DNA from: Minisyncoccia bacterium
GTDB taxonomy: Bacteria; Patescibacteriota; Minisyncoccia; 2-02-FULL-40-12; IGHO2-01-FULL-4-A
Assembly (NCBI GenBank): GCA_041499075.1
Contig: JBGQJN010000001.1
Coordinates: forward strand, 10,388 to 74,387
Direction: 5' to 3'
DNA: 64,000 nt
Part shown: piece by piece, positions 8,424 to 18,184 of the stretch
Numbering within the stretch: the first letter of the stretch is position 1
How the letters are laid out: each line of letters opens with the position of its first letter
Notes under the pieces: generated by a model
Database searches by the model: none
Told to the model about the DNA's origin: nothing
What the model saw: only the letters and a program-made list of their open reading frames with translations
Translations under genes and position numbers: made by a program

Positions 8424-9215
8424 TTATTGTTTTGTTAAAACTAGCGGGCCGGACTTGGTGATGGCAACCGTGTGCTCAAAATGGGCGGCAAAAGAAGCGT
8501 CATAGGTAACGTAGGTAAAGCTATTGCCGGCACGCTTAACTCGCCAATCGCCGACGGAAACCATCGGCTCGATGGCTACGACCATGCCTTCTTCCAGCCT
8601 GACACCTTCATTTTCAGAACCGTAGTTCGGAACTTGCGGTTCCTCATGAAGCTTGCGACCGATACCGTGACCGACTAGATCACGTATTACGCCAAAACCA
8701 CTTCTCTCCACTACCGCCTGCACGGCATGGCTTACTTTGCCAAGCCGATTACCGACCTTAGCTTCATTGATACCGGCATTAAGAGATTCTTTGGTCACAT
8801 CAAGTAAACGGTGGAGCCTGGGATTAAGTTTAGCCCATAGCTTATAATCCGTCTCGCCTAGAACCGGCAGGGTAATAGCACTATCAAGATAAAGTCCTTT
8901 GTAAACTATACCCATATCCAAACTAACGACTTCGCCTTCTTTGAGTATACGTTTGGAGGGTACGCCGTGTACCACCTCTTCGTTGATTGATACACAAAGT
9001 GCAGCCGGAAATCCGTCGTAACCGAGAAAAGCGGCTTTAACCGGCTTGCCACTTTCTTTGGCGTAAAACAAAATAAGCTCGCGTGCGAGCTTATCAAGAT
9101 CTTGAGTGGCAATCCCCGGTTTAACTTCTTTGGCTAACTTGTCCAATATTTCTGCCAGTATCCTGCCACCCTCACGCATTATTTGGATTTCTTCTGGAGT
9201 TTTTAGATTGATCAT
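8424..9215 (-). CDS. map: Methionine aminopeptidase type I
   Basis: 263 aa with metal-ligand motifs of the MetAP pita-bread fold (HGIGRKLHE). Confidence 0.85.
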   Translation of the reverse strand: MINLKTPEEIQIMREGGRILAEILDKLAKEVKPGIATQDLDKLARELILFYAKESGKPVKAAFLGYDGFPAALCVSINEEVVHGVPSKRILKEGEVVSLDMGIVYKGLYLDSAITLPVLGETDYKLWAKLNPRLHRLLDVTKESLNAGINEAKVGNRLGKVSHAVQAVVERSGFGVIRDLVGHGIGRKLHEEPQVPNYGSENEGVRLEEGMVVAIEPMVSVGDWRVKRAGNSFTYVTYDASFAAHFEHTVAITKSGPLVLTKQ

Positions 9216-9877
9216 TGGATGTTTTTCATTATATTCTCGGATATTTTTTGGGCCTCATCTTGGCCATTGACTTCAAAAACCTTATAACCTTTCTGCCGCA
9301 AATAATCAAGTACCGGTTCGGTTTCTATCTTATAGACTTCGTATCTTTCGCTTATTATATCCGGCTTATCAAGCTCTCTAGTTACAAGAAGTGAACCATC
9401 TTTGGGACAAGTGGTCATGCCCTCATACTCTGGTAAGTCCGGAATCGGGTGGCGATTAGCTTGGCAGATACGCCTGGCTGAATTGCGTTTTATCGACTCT
9501 TCTTTGCTCAATACAAGATGAAAGATTTTTATATTGTCATGACCGTATAGTTCTTCAAGCTCTGGCATAATATCTTTTGTTTCGGGCAGTGTACGCAATG
9601 AACCGGAGGTAGTAATACTCTTACCCTGCATAGCTAGTTCTCTGATCTCTTCCTTGAACCAACCAATGAATATGCTTGATGCGATCAATTCTCCGGCAAG
9701 CCATTTTCTTTTTTCTTCCTGCATCTTGGCATCATGAGGTTCGGCGTTTTTGAATTTAGCTTCTATTAATTTGGAGGTTTCTAAATGATAAAATCCTAAT
9801 TTCTCCGCCAAAAGATTCGCCTGGGTTCCCTTGCCGGATCCTGGTGGCCCGATAAAAACTACGACTTCCTTAGACAT
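9212..9877 (-). CDS. adk: Adenylate kinase
   Basis: GPPGSGKGTQ P-loop and a lid domain with Cys. Confidence 0.9.
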   Translation of the reverse strand: MSKEVVVFIGPPGSGKGTQANLLAEKLGFYHLETSKLIEAKFKNAEPHDAKMQEEKRKWLAGELIASSIFIGWFKEEIRELAMQGKSITTSGSLRTLPETKDIMPELEELYGHDNIKIFHLVLSKEESIKRNSARRICQANRHPIPDLPEYEGMTTCPKDGSLLVTRELDKPDIISERYEVYKIETEPVLDYLRQKGYKVFEVNGQDEAQKISENIMKNIQ

Positions 9878-9960
9878 ATTATCATTTTAACATATTTCCA
9901 CATTAAAAAACCAAAACTCCTTTGGCAAGGAGTTTTTAACTGCTGTCACCGACTAGCGAA

Positions 9961-11220
9961 CTAGTACTCGTACATAGATATTTGAGCATCTAGCGCTTTC
10001 ATGATTTCAAGGACGACGCTGACTACGATCAGTATTGAGGTGCCACCGATGGTAAGTATGGCAATGCCAGAAACGGCTCTGACAACCTGGGGCAAAATCG
10101 CGATTAAGCCCAAAAATACCGCTCCGACAAGGGTAACACGATTGAGAAGATGCATCAGGAATTGCGCTGTCGGCTGACCCGGACGGATGCCCGGGATGTA
10201 GCCGCCTTGTTTCTGAATGTTTTCGGAAATTGACTTGGGATCGAAAGTTACCGCTGTATAGAAATAGGTAAACAAAACTACCAACAGGAAATAAGAGATG
10301 TCGTAAGCTGTTTGATTCTGCACAAAGTTATTGAAAAATCTGGCCACGGTAGCAACAATATTGATCTTGGAGCCGCTGAAAAAATTAGCGATCATGCCCG
10401 GAAAAAGAAGAATAGACAAAGCAAAGATTATCGGCATCACGCCGGCATTATTGACGCGCATAGGCAGATAAGTAGACACCCCGCCGTAGACTTTATCGCC
10501 ACGTACACGCTTAGCGTAATTAATCGGAATATTGCGCTGGGCTTCAGTCAGATAGACGACTCCGGCAATGACAACCAGTCCAATAACAACGATTGCCACG
10601 TAGGTAAAAATTTGAGAGGAAGTGAAAGTAATAAGCGTCTCTCTGACAGTAGTCGGGAATCTGGAAACGATACCGGCAAAAATTAACAGCGAAACCCCAT
10701 TACCGATATTTTTTTCGGAAATTAGTTCGCCAAGCCACATCAGGAAAACCGAGCCGGCGGCAACAACTAAAAGAGAACTCGCCCAACCAAGCAATCCCAA
10801 ACTGCCGATTACGCCTTGGCGGGAGAGAATTATCATGAAGGCATAACCCTGGAGCATAGCCAAGGGCACAGTAATAACTCGGGAGTATTGGTTGAATCTC
10901 TGCCTGCCAGCCTCGCCTTCGTATTTATACATTTGCTCCAATGACGGGAAAATCATTGTCAAAAGCTGCATGATAATGGAGCCGGTTATATAAGGACCAA
11001 GACCAAGCATGGCAATAGAAAAATTGCTCAATCCGCCGCCAGTAAACGTGCTTATCAAGCCAAAAAGCTGGTTATTCTGAAGAAATGCCTTGAGTTTTAG
11101 CGGATCAACGCCGGGTATTGGTATAGCCGCAACCACGCGGAAAACTATCAGAAGCGCCAAAATAAAAATTACTTTATTGCGTAGATCGGGAATTTTAAAA
11201 ACTTTAAGTATTCTGTTCAT
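9961..11220 (-). CDS. secY: Preprotein translocase subunit SecY
   Basis: 419 aa with 10 transmembrane segments; position between rplO and adk. Confidence 0.9.
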   Translation of the reverse strand: MNRILKVFKIPDLRNKVIFILALLIVFRVVAAIPIPGVDPLKLKAFLQNNQLFGLISTFTGGGLSNFSIAMLGLGPYITGSIIMQLLTMIFPSLEQMYKYEGEAGRQRFNQYSRVITVPLAMLQGYAFMIILSRQGVIGSLGLLGWASSLLVVAAGSVFLMWLGELISEKNIGNGVSLLIFAGIVSRFPTTVRETLITFTSSQIFTYVAIVVIGLVVIAGVVYLTEAQRNIPINYAKRVRGDKVYGGVSTYLPMRVNNAGVMPIIFALSILLFPGMIANFFSGSKINIVATVARFFNNFVQNQTAYDISYFLLVVLFTYFYTAVTFDPKSISENIQKQGGYIPGIRPGQPTAQFLMHLLNRVTLVGAVFLGLIAILPQVVRAVSGIAILTIGGTSILIVVSVVLEIMKALDAQISMYEY

Positions 11221-11233
11221 GAAAACTTTGAAA

Positions 11234-11695
11234 TTATCTGATAGTTCCGCCGGCTTTTGCTATTTTTTCTTGTGCTGTTTTTGAAAATTTTAATCCCACA
11301 AATGTTAATTTCTTAATCAATTCCCCTTCTGCTAGTATTTTAACTCCTTTATTGCCCTTTTCAATAAGGCTCTTTTTTACGAGCGCTGACGGGGAAATCG
11401 TATCGCCACTTTCAAAACGCGAGTTTAGGTCGTTCAAATTTACGACAATCGCTTTGGTGCGCTTAACCTGGAAAGACCTGTGCTTAATATCAACTTTTTT
11501 GCTTGCCCCGCGCTGTTTGGGAAAAAGTTTCCAGATGGGATTGTCGCCGCCGCGAAAACCAGGCCTGATCCTGGCACCGGCTCGGGATTTTTGGCCTTTA
11601 CTGCCATGGCCAGAATAAGTACCACGCTTGCCGCCGCGGCCGACACGTTTGCGATCTTTTTGCTTATTTTTTGATTTTAGCTGATGTAGTTGCAT
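11234..11695 (-). CDS. rplO: Ribosomal protein L15
   Basis: KRVGRGGKRGTYSGHGSKGQKSR. It directly follows rpsE, with no rpmD in between. Confidence 0.85.
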   Translation of the reverse strand: MQLHQLKSKNKQKDRKRVGRGGKRGTYSGHGSKGQKSRAGARIRPGFRGGDNPIWKLFPKQRGASKKVDIKHRSFQVKRTKAIVVNLNDLNSRFESGDTISPSALVKKSLIEKGNKGVKILAEGELIKKLTFVGLKFSKTAQEKIAKAGGTIR

Positions 11696-11707
11696 AATAC
11701 GGTTAAT

Positions 11708-12226
11708 TTAAGGTTTCAGTTTACTTAAAGCACCTATCGTTGCTCTGGCGACATTGATTTTGTTATTTGTTCTCTCTATCAGCTTGGCAGTCAGATTTTC
11801 TATGCCGGCAAGACGCGCAACCACGCGCACCGGACCGCCAGCCTTGATACCGCTGCCATGAGCCGCCGGCTTAAGCATGACTACAGCGCTATGATATTTA
11901 TAAATAATATGATGCGGAATCGTGGCATTTTTTATAGGCACTCTTATAAGATTTTTCTTGGCTTTACTTGTCGCCTTGTTCATGGATTGGACCACGTCAT
12001 GCCCCTGAGCCACGCCGACTCCAACCCGACCCTTACCGTCACCGATTACCATAGTGGCGCGAAAACTAAACCTCTTACCGCCTTTGGTCACCCTAGTCAC
12101 ACGCGCCAAATCCAAAAGCTTAGAATCAAATTCCGATTTTTCTTTGGGCGCTCCTCTGAATGGTCCCCTCCTGCCACGGCCACCGCTATGAGGTCCGCCG
12201 AAATTATTTTTTGGTTTTTCTTCCAT
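11708..12226 (-). CDS. rpsE: Ribosomal protein S5
   Basis: S5 dsRBD and C-terminal domain; position in the spc operon. Confidence 0.85.
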   Translation of the reverse strand: MEEKPKNNFGGPHSGGRGRRGPFRGAPKEKSEFDSKLLDLARVTRVTKGGKRFSFRATMVIGDGKGRVGVGVAQGHDVVQSMNKATSKAKKNLIRVPIKNATIPHHIIYKYHSAVVMLKPAAHGSGIKAGGPVRVVARLAGIENLTAKLIERTNNKINVARATIGALSKLKP

Positions 12227-12237
12227 TTATTTTTTAG

Positions 12238-12591
12238 TTAAAATATTAAACCGCCCTTGCGCAAGCCTTCAGCCAGCGCCTTCACTCTGCCGTGATATTT
12301 ATAGCCGCCCCGATCAAAAACTACTTTTTCTATTCCCGCCTCTTTGGCTTTTTGGGCTAGCATTTCTCCAATTTTTGCGGCAAGTTCAGTTTTTCTTTCT
12401 TTGAGTTTACTTTTCTTTTGTGATTTAACGATACTGCTTAGTAATGTTTTGCCGACAGAATCGTCAACTATCTGAACAAAAATATGGCGATTACTTCTAA
12501 AAATAGAAACCCTAGGAACCACGTCCTTACCTGTAACCTTGGCTCTAACCCGTTTCTGGCGCCGTATTCTATTTTCTCTTTTATCAGACAT
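12238..12591 (-). CDS. rplR: Ribosomal protein L18
   Basis: Sequence and operon position. Confidence 0.85.
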   Translation of the reverse strand: MSDKRENRIRRQKRVRAKVTGKDVVPRVSIFRSNRHIFVQIVDDSVGKTLLSSIVKSQKKSKLKERKTELAAKIGEMLAQKAKEAGIEKVVFDRGGYKYHGRVKALAEGLRKGGLIF

Positions 12592-12601
12592 AATTCTAAT
12601 A

Positions 12602-13156
12602 TTATCCAGCTGTTGCCACAGCCTTTTTGCCTGCCTTACGGCGAATCACTTCATCTTTATATTTGATACCCGTTCCCTTATACGGCTCCGGCGGGCGGGC
12701 GGCACGAACAAGAGCGGCAACATGGCCTACCGCCTGTTTATCTATGCCGGTTATCTTAATCATGCTTTTTTCAACTTGGAAAATCACTCCCGCTGGCGCT
12801 TTGATCCTCACCGGGTTGGTATAACCGAGATTCAACTCCAGACTGTCTCCCTTGACTTGAGCCTTGAAGCCGATGCCGTTAAATTCTAAAATTGTCTCAA
12901 AATTTTCGGATACGCCCTTTATCATATTGGATAAAAGCGCGCGACCCAAACCCCATATCTGCGATTCCTGCCTGGTAATCAGCAAGCCTTCTTTCAAGTT
13001 AACATGGGCCATACCATCAGAAACTTTTATATCCAAAATCTCAGGGAATTCTTTTTCCAACTGGCCCTTGGGTCCTTTGACTACTGCTTCCCTGCCGTTG
13101 ATATTTATTTCCACTCCAGCAGGTATTTTGATTGGTTTTTTACCTATGCGACTCAT
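12602..13156 (-). CDS. rplF: Ribosomal protein L6
   Basis: MSRIGKKPIKIPAGV start. Confidence 0.9.
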   Translation of the reverse strand: MSRIGKKPIKIPAGVEININGREAVVKGPKGQLEKEFPEILDIKVSDGMAHVNLKEGLLITRQESQIWGLGRALLSNMIKGVSENFETILEFNGIGFKAQVKGDSLELNLGYTNPVRIKAPAGVIFQVEKSMIKITGIDKQAVGHVAALVRAARPPEPYKGTGIKYKDEVIRRKAGKKAVATAG

Positions 13157-13176
13157 AATTTAAAAAAATATTTTAT

Positions 13177-13575
13177 TTACCAAACTTCACATATTATCTC
13201 TCCTCCTAATCCGGCTTTCTTGGCGTCCTCTCCACTCATAACTCCTTTAGAGGTTGAAATAATTGCTACTCCGTAACCATTCTTGACCGGCTTCAGATCG
13301 GACTTGCCGAGATACATCCGGCGAGAGGGTTTGGAAATCATTTTCGTACCTATTATGCCGCCTACTTCATTGTCGTACTTTAATTTTATCCAAAGCGTAT
13401 TTATTTCTGATTTTTTGGTTTTGGTTTTTTTCTTGTCAACATCGGCAATGAAATTTTTATTTTTTAAAATCTGGGCAATATTAAATTTTAACATTGAAAA
13501 AGGCAAAACCGTCTCCTCTTGGCCCCGAGACTGAGCATTTCTTATTTGACTTAACATGTCAGCGATTGGAGACAT
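13177..13575 (-). CDS. rpsH: Ribosomal protein S8
   Basis: MSPIADMLSQIRNA start. Confidence 0.9.
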   Translation of the reverse strand: MSPIADMLSQIRNAQSRGQEETVLPFSMLKFNIAQILKNKNFIADVDKKKTKTKKSEINTLWIKLKYDNEVGGIIGTKMISKPSRRMYLGKSDLKPVKNGYGVAIISTSKGVMSGEDAKKAGLGGEIICEVW

Positions 13576-13578
13576 ATA

Positions 13579-13764
13579 TTACCAGGAAGATTTGTGTACT
13601 CCAGGCAACAAGCCTTGGCTGGCCAGCTCCCTGAAATGTATACGGCATAGACCAAACTGCCTCATGAAACCGTGTTTTCGACCGCACATAAAACAACGTA
13701 AAACTATCCTTGATGAAAACTTAGGCTTTTTGTTTGATCTTGCAATTGTTGATTTTTTAGGCAT
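13579..13764 (-). CDS. rpsN: Ribosomal protein S14 type Z (zinc-binding)
   Basis: 61 aa with CFMCGR...C motifs. Confidence 0.85.
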   Translation of the reverse strand: MPKKSTIARSNKKPKFSSRIVLRCFMCGRKHGFMRQFGLCRIHFRELASQGLLPGVHKSSW

Positions 13765-14338
13765 GTTTTATTGGAAAACCGATCAGTCTTAATAACTCAA
13801 TCCCTTCTTCTTTGCTCTTAGCAGTCGTGGCTATGGTGATTTGCAGACTGAAAATATCCTTCATTGACTCATATGTCACTTCCGGAAAAATGTTCTGTTC
13901 TTTAATGCCTAAGTTCAGATTGCCATGCTGGTCAATATTCTTAGGATCCAGGCCGTGAAAATCACGCGAACGCGGTAAAGCTATGGAGATCAGCCTATCT
14001 ATAAAATCATACATTCGCCTTCCGCGCAAGGTTACAATTGACCCGATTTCCAAACCCTGTCTTAATTTAAAGCCTGAAATTGACTGCTTAGCTTTGCGAA
14101 CCGACGTTTTCTGACCAGTAATCTTGACCAGGTCTTGCTCTATTTTTTCAATGCCTTTAGTATCCTTGGCTACCGCCTTGCGGCCGTAGCCGACATTAAC
14201 GACAACCTTTTCAATTTTCGGTATGGCCATTACATTCTTGTAACCGAACTTGGCCCGCATGGCTGGCATTACCTCTTTTCTGTATTTAGTTATAAGTCTC
14301 GGAATTGACATAATTGTGACTAATTCTCTGCTCCGCAC
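13757..14338 (-). CDS. rplE: Ribosomal protein L5
   Basis: Sequence and position; the real start may be the internal MSIPRL. Confidence 0.85.
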   Translation of the reverse strand: MRSRELVTIMSIPRLITKYRKEVMPAMRAKFGYKNVMAIPKIEKVVVNVGYGRKAVAKDTKGIEKIEQDLVKITGQKTSVRKAKQSISGFKLRQGLEIGSIVTLRGRRMYDFIDRLISIALPRSRDFHGLDPKNIDQHGNLNLGIKEQNIFPEVTYESMKDIFSLQITIATTAKSKEEGIELLRLIGFPIKHA

Positions 14339-14625
14339 TTCTTACAAATTCTTGTCTTATTCTTACCATCAATCTTATGTCCGATCCTGGTCGGCTTGCC
14401 GCAACTCTTGCATACCAACATAACGCTTGAAGCATTAATCGCCCTCTCTTTGTGAACTATCTGACCCTTCTGGCCTTCTTTTCTTGCCCTTTGATGTCGC
14501 GCCACCAAATTCAACCCTTCGACCACAACCTTACCATCTTCAGGAAAAACAAATAAAACTTTGCCCGTCTTGCCACGGTCTTTGCCATTTAGCATTTTTA
14601 CATTGTCACCTTTTCTAATATTCAT
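14320..14625 (-). CDS. rplX: Ribosomal protein L24 with C-terminal CxxC...CxxC zinc-ribbon extension
   Basis: KOW domain N-terminus; C-terminal [27 protein letters not shown]. Confidence 0.85.
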   Translation of the reverse strand: MNIRKGDNVKMLNGKDRGKTGKVLFVFPEDGKVVVEGLNLVARHQRARKEGQKGQIVHKERAINASSVMLVCKSCGKPTRIGHKIDGKNKTRICKKCGAEN

Positions 14626-14637
14626 GTATTAAAGCTA

Positions 14638-15009
14638 CTAGACAATCTCCTGTGCTAAACTGGCGATGGTGTCATAGCCTCTTTCTTTTATCTCGCGCGG
14701 GATAGGACCAAATATGCGTCCACCCTTGGGTTCTTTGCTCGCGCCCTCCAAGATAACTATGGCATTCTCGTCAAATCTGACGTAACTGCCGTCTTTTCTG
14801 CGGAAATTATTACGCTGACGCACAATAACTGCTTTGAGTACTTCTTTTTTCTTGACGGTTTTGCGCGGTTCGGCTTCCTTAACTGAAACAACGACAATAT
14901 CGCCGAGCTGGCCGTACCTGCGCTTGGATCCGCCCAAAACCTGAATAACGCCAACTTTCTTGGCACCACTATTGTCGGCAACATTTAATATGGAACGTAA
15001 TTGGATCAT
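14638..15009 (-). CDS. rplN: Ribosomal protein L14
   Basis: [17 protein letters not shown]. Confidence 0.9.
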   Translation of the reverse strand: MIQLRSILNVADNSGAKKVGVIQVLGGSKRRYGQLGDIVVVSVKEAEPRKTVKKKEVLKAVIVRQRNNFRRKDGSYVRFDENAIVILEGASKEPKGGRIFGPIPREIKERGYDTIASLAQEIV

Positions 15010-15021
15010 GTTATTTTCGGG

Positions 15022-15270
15022 CTATATTTTTGATACGACCCTCCATTTTTTGTCCTTAGACATCGGCCTGATTTCCTGAATAATCACCTTGTCGCCGGTG
15101 TGATATTCTCCTTTCTCGTCATGGGCCTTAAATCTGCTGGTAACCTTATAATACTTCTTATATTTGGGATGCTTCTTCAGCCGGGTAATTGAAACCACTA
15201 CAGTTTTCTGCATTTTATCGGAAACGACAATTCCTTTCAGTGTACGATTTTTTTTATTTGTTTTTTCCAT
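15022..15270 (-). CDS. rpsQ: Ribosomal protein S17
   Basis: Sequence and position. Confidence 0.85.
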   Translation of the reverse strand: MEKTNKKNRTLKGIVVSDKMQKTVVVSITRLKKHPKYKKYYKVTSRFKAHDEKGEYHTGDKVIIQEIRPMSKDKKWRVVSKI

Positions 15271-15478
15271 TTTGAATAAGCAATTTTGAGTTAATAGCGG
15301 TCAAAAATCTTGCAATATCTTTCTTGGTTTTATTTATCTGACTAAAATCCTTCAAGGTCTTATTGGCCAATTCAAACCTCAATTTCCCCAAGCCAACCTT
15401 CAACTCTTTGAGCATTTCCTGAAGTTCTTCTTTACCCTTGTTTTGCAAATCTGCGTATTTCATAGTATTTGACATCAA
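15254..15478 (-). CDS. rpmC: Ribosomal protein L29
   Basis: Sequence and position. Confidence 0.8.
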   Translation of the reverse strand: MMSNTMKYADLQNKGKEELQEMLKELKVGLGKLRFELANKTLKDFSQINKTKKDIARFLTAINSKLLIQNGKNK

Positions 15479-15530
15479 TTTAACTTCTTGCTATTATACA
15501 GAAAAGTAGCAATTTAACAAGGAGCTTCAA

Positions 15531-15683
15531 ATGCTAATATTCAAGATACTAGGCATAGCAATCTATCTACTTGTTACCCTCAGCGTAGGTTATTCATTAA
15601 CTTCTTTATCTACTAAGGAAATCTTTAAGACCCTACTTCCAAGTTTTATTATTCTACTAATAGCATGTTACTTAATCCCTTAG
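15531..15683 (+). CDS. Small hydrophobic protein (50 aa, two predicted TM helices), antisense to the ribosomal-protein operon; followed by a terminator hairpin
   Basis: RBS aaggag 7 nt upstream of ATG; MLIFKILGIAIYLLVTLSVGYSLTSLSTKEIFKTLLPSFIILLIACYLIP. The hairpin cttgcaataaattgcaag plus T-run follows. Below the ORF-track size cutoff. Confidence 0.4.
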   Translation: MLIFKILGIAIYLLVTLSVGYSLTSLSTKEIFKTLLPSFIILLIACYLIP

Positions 15684-15743
15684 CGGCTCGGCCCAACTTG
15701 CAATAAATTGCAAGTTTTTATTTTTAAAAAAAGACAAGATTAA

Positions 15744-15952
15744 GCGTAGCAGGGTACCCTCTGGGGGATTCCAAAATTGGGAATTGCTGCTTGGTGAAGT
15801 TTCTTGTTGGCGGTGCTTTAGCCCGCCAATAGAATCTCCGTGGTCGCAAGCGGTATAATTATTCCTACCGCGAGCGAATTCACAATTTTGAAATAGTGGA
15901 GTCTGCCGCTGGAGCAGACGAAACGTCCTCCAGAGGATACCCTGCCGAAGCA
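15744..15952 (-). repeat. Structured intergenic repeat family 1, copy A (~210 nt, includes a 52-nt insertion relative to copy B); abuts rplP stop codon
   Basis: Near-identical to 18271-18429. Closing inverted repeat gcagggtaccctctgg / ccagaggataccctgc plus several internal hairpins. No coding potential. Confidence 0.7.
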
Positions 15953-16357
15953 CTATTTTTTAATAAACCTCGTCTTAATTGGTAACTTATGCGCCGCCAG
16001 TCTAAATGCCGCCCTTGCCGTCTCTTCACTTACACCATCCATTTCAAAAATTATCCGGCCGGCTTCCGTCGGTGCCACAAAATGCGACAATGACCCTGCG
16101 CCGCCGCCCATGCCCACTTCAGCGCCCTTCTGCGTCCTTGGCTTGTCAGGGAAAACTCTTATCCATAATTTACCGCCTCTTTGAATAAAATGGGTAACCG
16201 CGCGACGCGCCGATTCCAGCTGTGTCGCTTTTAGCCAGGTTGATTCCATCGCTTTTAAACCATAACTGCCAAAGCTCAAATAGTGGCCGCGGGTTGTGAC
16301 TTTTTTCAAACTTCCCTTATGTACCTTACGATGTTTTATTCTTTTAGGTTGTAACAT
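15953..16357 (-). CDS. rplP: Ribosomal protein L16
   Basis: MLQPKRIKHRKVHKG. Confidence 0.9.
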   Translation of the reverse strand: MLQPKRIKHRKVHKGSLKKVTTRGHYLSFGSYGLKAMESTWLKATQLESARRAVTHFIQRGGKLWIRVFPDKPRTQKGAEVGMGGGAGSLSHFVAPTEAGRIIFEMDGVSEETARAAFRLAAHKLPIKTRFIKK

Positions 16358-16358
16358 G

Positions 16359-16991
16359 TTATAATTTCAGTCCTTTATAAATCCAGACTTTGATTCCGAC
16401 GGTTCCGTACGTCGTATAGGCAGTAGCTTTGGCAAAATCTATATCCGCCCTCAAGGTCTGAAGCGGCAAACTGCCCTCTTCCAAATGCTCGGTCCTAGCT
16501 ATATCATTGCCGTCCAAACGTCCGCCGAGCCTGACTTTAGCCCCCTTAACATCGCGATTGGACATAATTTTAGCCAATGACTGCTTCAACACTCTGCGAT
16601 ATTGAATGCGCCGTTCTATTTGTTCGGCCATCTGTTCGGCGACAATGCGGGCTGAAGCTTCCGGATTTTTGACTTCCTGAACCTCAAGTCGAACGGCAGT
16701 TTTACGTTTGATTCTTTTGGCAATTTCCGTTTTTATGTCTTCGATGCCGGTGCCGCCGCGGCCAATTATCAAGCCGGGCCTGGCGGTTTTGATCGTAATC
16801 GCCAAAACATCCGGACTGCGCTCTATCTCGATACTGTCCACGCTCATATTTTTCAATTTCTTTTCAAGAAAATCCCTTATCAAAACGTCTTCTTTCAAAA
16901 ATTCCGTATAGTTTCTTAATTTAAACCAGCGGGATTTCCAGTCCTTGTTTATACTGAGCCTGAATGATGTTGGTGATATTTTCTGACCCAT
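16359..16991 (-). CDS. rpsC: Ribosomal protein S3
   Basis: KH domain and S3 C-terminal domain. Confidence 0.9.
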   Translation of the reverse strand: MGQKISPTSFRLSINKDWKSRWFKLRNYTEFLKEDVLIRDFLEKKLKNMSVDSIEIERSPDVLAITIKTARPGLIIGRGGTGIEDIKTEIAKRIKRKTAVRLEVQEVKNPEASARIVAEQMAEQIERRIQYRRVLKQSLAKIMSNRDVKGAKVRLGGRLDGNDIARTEHLEEGSLPLQTLRADIDFAKATAYTTYGTVGIKVWIYKGLKL

Positions 16992-17008
16992 ATTATTATA
17001 TCTATTAT

Positions 17009-17548
17009 TTATACAACTTTTCTTCTAAAAAATTTCTTGCCTAAGCCGCTGACTCTGCCGAATAGTCCGCCCTTCTTACCTAATTCCTTTTTGACTTCCG
17101 GCTTGGCGATTAATTTTTCAGTTTTGGATTCTTTTACTTCCGATTCCGAGGCTTTTTGTTTTGACTCCGGCTCCAGTTTTTTCATTTCAACTTCCTTGGC
17201 CGGCTTAAGGCCCGGTACTTTTTCTTCCAAGACAATCTTGATATGTGATGTCTTTTTTTCTATCGGCGAGGCCATGCCGAAACCTTTGGGTTTGAATCTT
17301 TTAAGCTTCGGCCCTTCGTTGACAATAATATCCTTGATAAAAAGATTCTCTCTGGCCAGGTTAAAATTATTTCTGGCGTTGGAAATCGCAGAATTGATCA
17401 GTTTGACTATCGGCTTGGATGATTTTTTAACAATATGATCAAGTTGATATTTAGCCGCATTCGCGTCCATACCCTTAATGATCCTGGCGACAAGTCTTAC
17501 CTTGCGCGGCGATATTCTTAAATTGTTTAATTGAGCTGTTACTTGCAT
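17009..17548 (-). CDS. rplV: Ribosomal protein L22 with long Lys/Glu-rich C-terminal extension
   Basis: The core MQVTAQLNNLRISPRKVRLVARIIKG is followed by ~80 extra residues. The start is placed at the internal Met to avoid overlap with rpsS. Confidence 0.8.
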   Translation of the reverse strand: MQVTAQLNNLRISPRKVRLVARIIKGMDANAAKYQLDHIVKKSSKPIVKLINSAISNARNNFNLARENLFIKDIIVNEGPKLKRFKPKGFGMASPIEKKTSHIKIVLEEKVPGLKPAKEVEMKKLEPESKQKASESEVKESKTEKLIAKPEVKKELGKKGGLFGRVSGLGKKFFRRKVV

Positions 17549-17549
17549 A

Positions 17550-17894
17550 TTATTTCTTTGCTTCCGCCTCCGGCGCCTTCGCGGCTTTGGCGGCATCTAT
17601 ATCTTTTTGCTTAGCGGCGGCTTCTATTTCTCTTTGCATTCGGCCTCCATGCCTGACAAATTTGCGCGTCGGAGAAAATTCTCCCAGCTTGTGGCCAACC
17701 ATATCTTCTGTTATCAAAACCTCTATAAAAATTTTGCCGTTATGCACTCCGAAAGTATAACCAACCATTTCCGGCGTAATCGTTGAAGCCCGCGCCCAAG
17801 TCTTGATTATCGTTTTATCGCCAGCCCTAAGCCGGCCGATCTTTTTCAGCAATTTCGCATCCACATATACACCCTTTTTTATTGATCTTGACAT
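17550..17894 (-). CDS. rpsS: Ribosomal protein S19
   Basis: Conserved GHKLGEF motif. Confidence 0.9.
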   Translation of the reverse strand: MSRSIKKGVYVDAKLLKKIGRLRAGDKTIIKTWARASTITPEMVGYTFGVHNGKIFIEVLITEDMVGHKLGEFSPTRKFVRHGGRMQREIEAAAKQKDIDAAKAAKAPEAEAKK

Positions 17895-17950
17895 AACTTA
17901 TAATCTTTGATACCTTATATTAAATTTCGTTATTTTACAAGGAGAAAATT

Positions 17951-18184
17951 ATGGCTACGCAATACCCTCCGAATATGATTATTTACAGTAGAAGAGGCCA
18001 AATTTATAATTACCTAGCCAGTACCTGCTTGATCGTGGCGGTTCTACTCATGATCTCTACTTTCTTTCTGGATATTATCGGAATGAAACATTTGGCAAAC
18101 ATCATCATTCTCTCAGCACTTTTCACTGGTATATCTAGTCTAATTTTCAATATCAAAGCCTCGAAACATAGCACTGTGATTTAG
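17951..18184 (+). CDS. Small hydrophobic protein (77 aa, two predicted TM helices), antisense to the ribosomal-protein operon; followed by a terminator hairpin
   Basis: RBS aaggag upstream; MATQYPPNMIIYSRRGQIYNYLASTCLIVAVLLMISTFFLDIIGMKHLANIIILSALFTGISSLIFNI. The hairpin ctcgcgaaaaatcgcgag plus T-run follows at 18190-18220. Confidence 0.45.
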   Translation: MATQYPPNMIIYSRRGQIYNYLASTCLIVAVLLMISTFFLDIIGMKHLANIIILSALFTGISSLIFNIKASKHSTVI

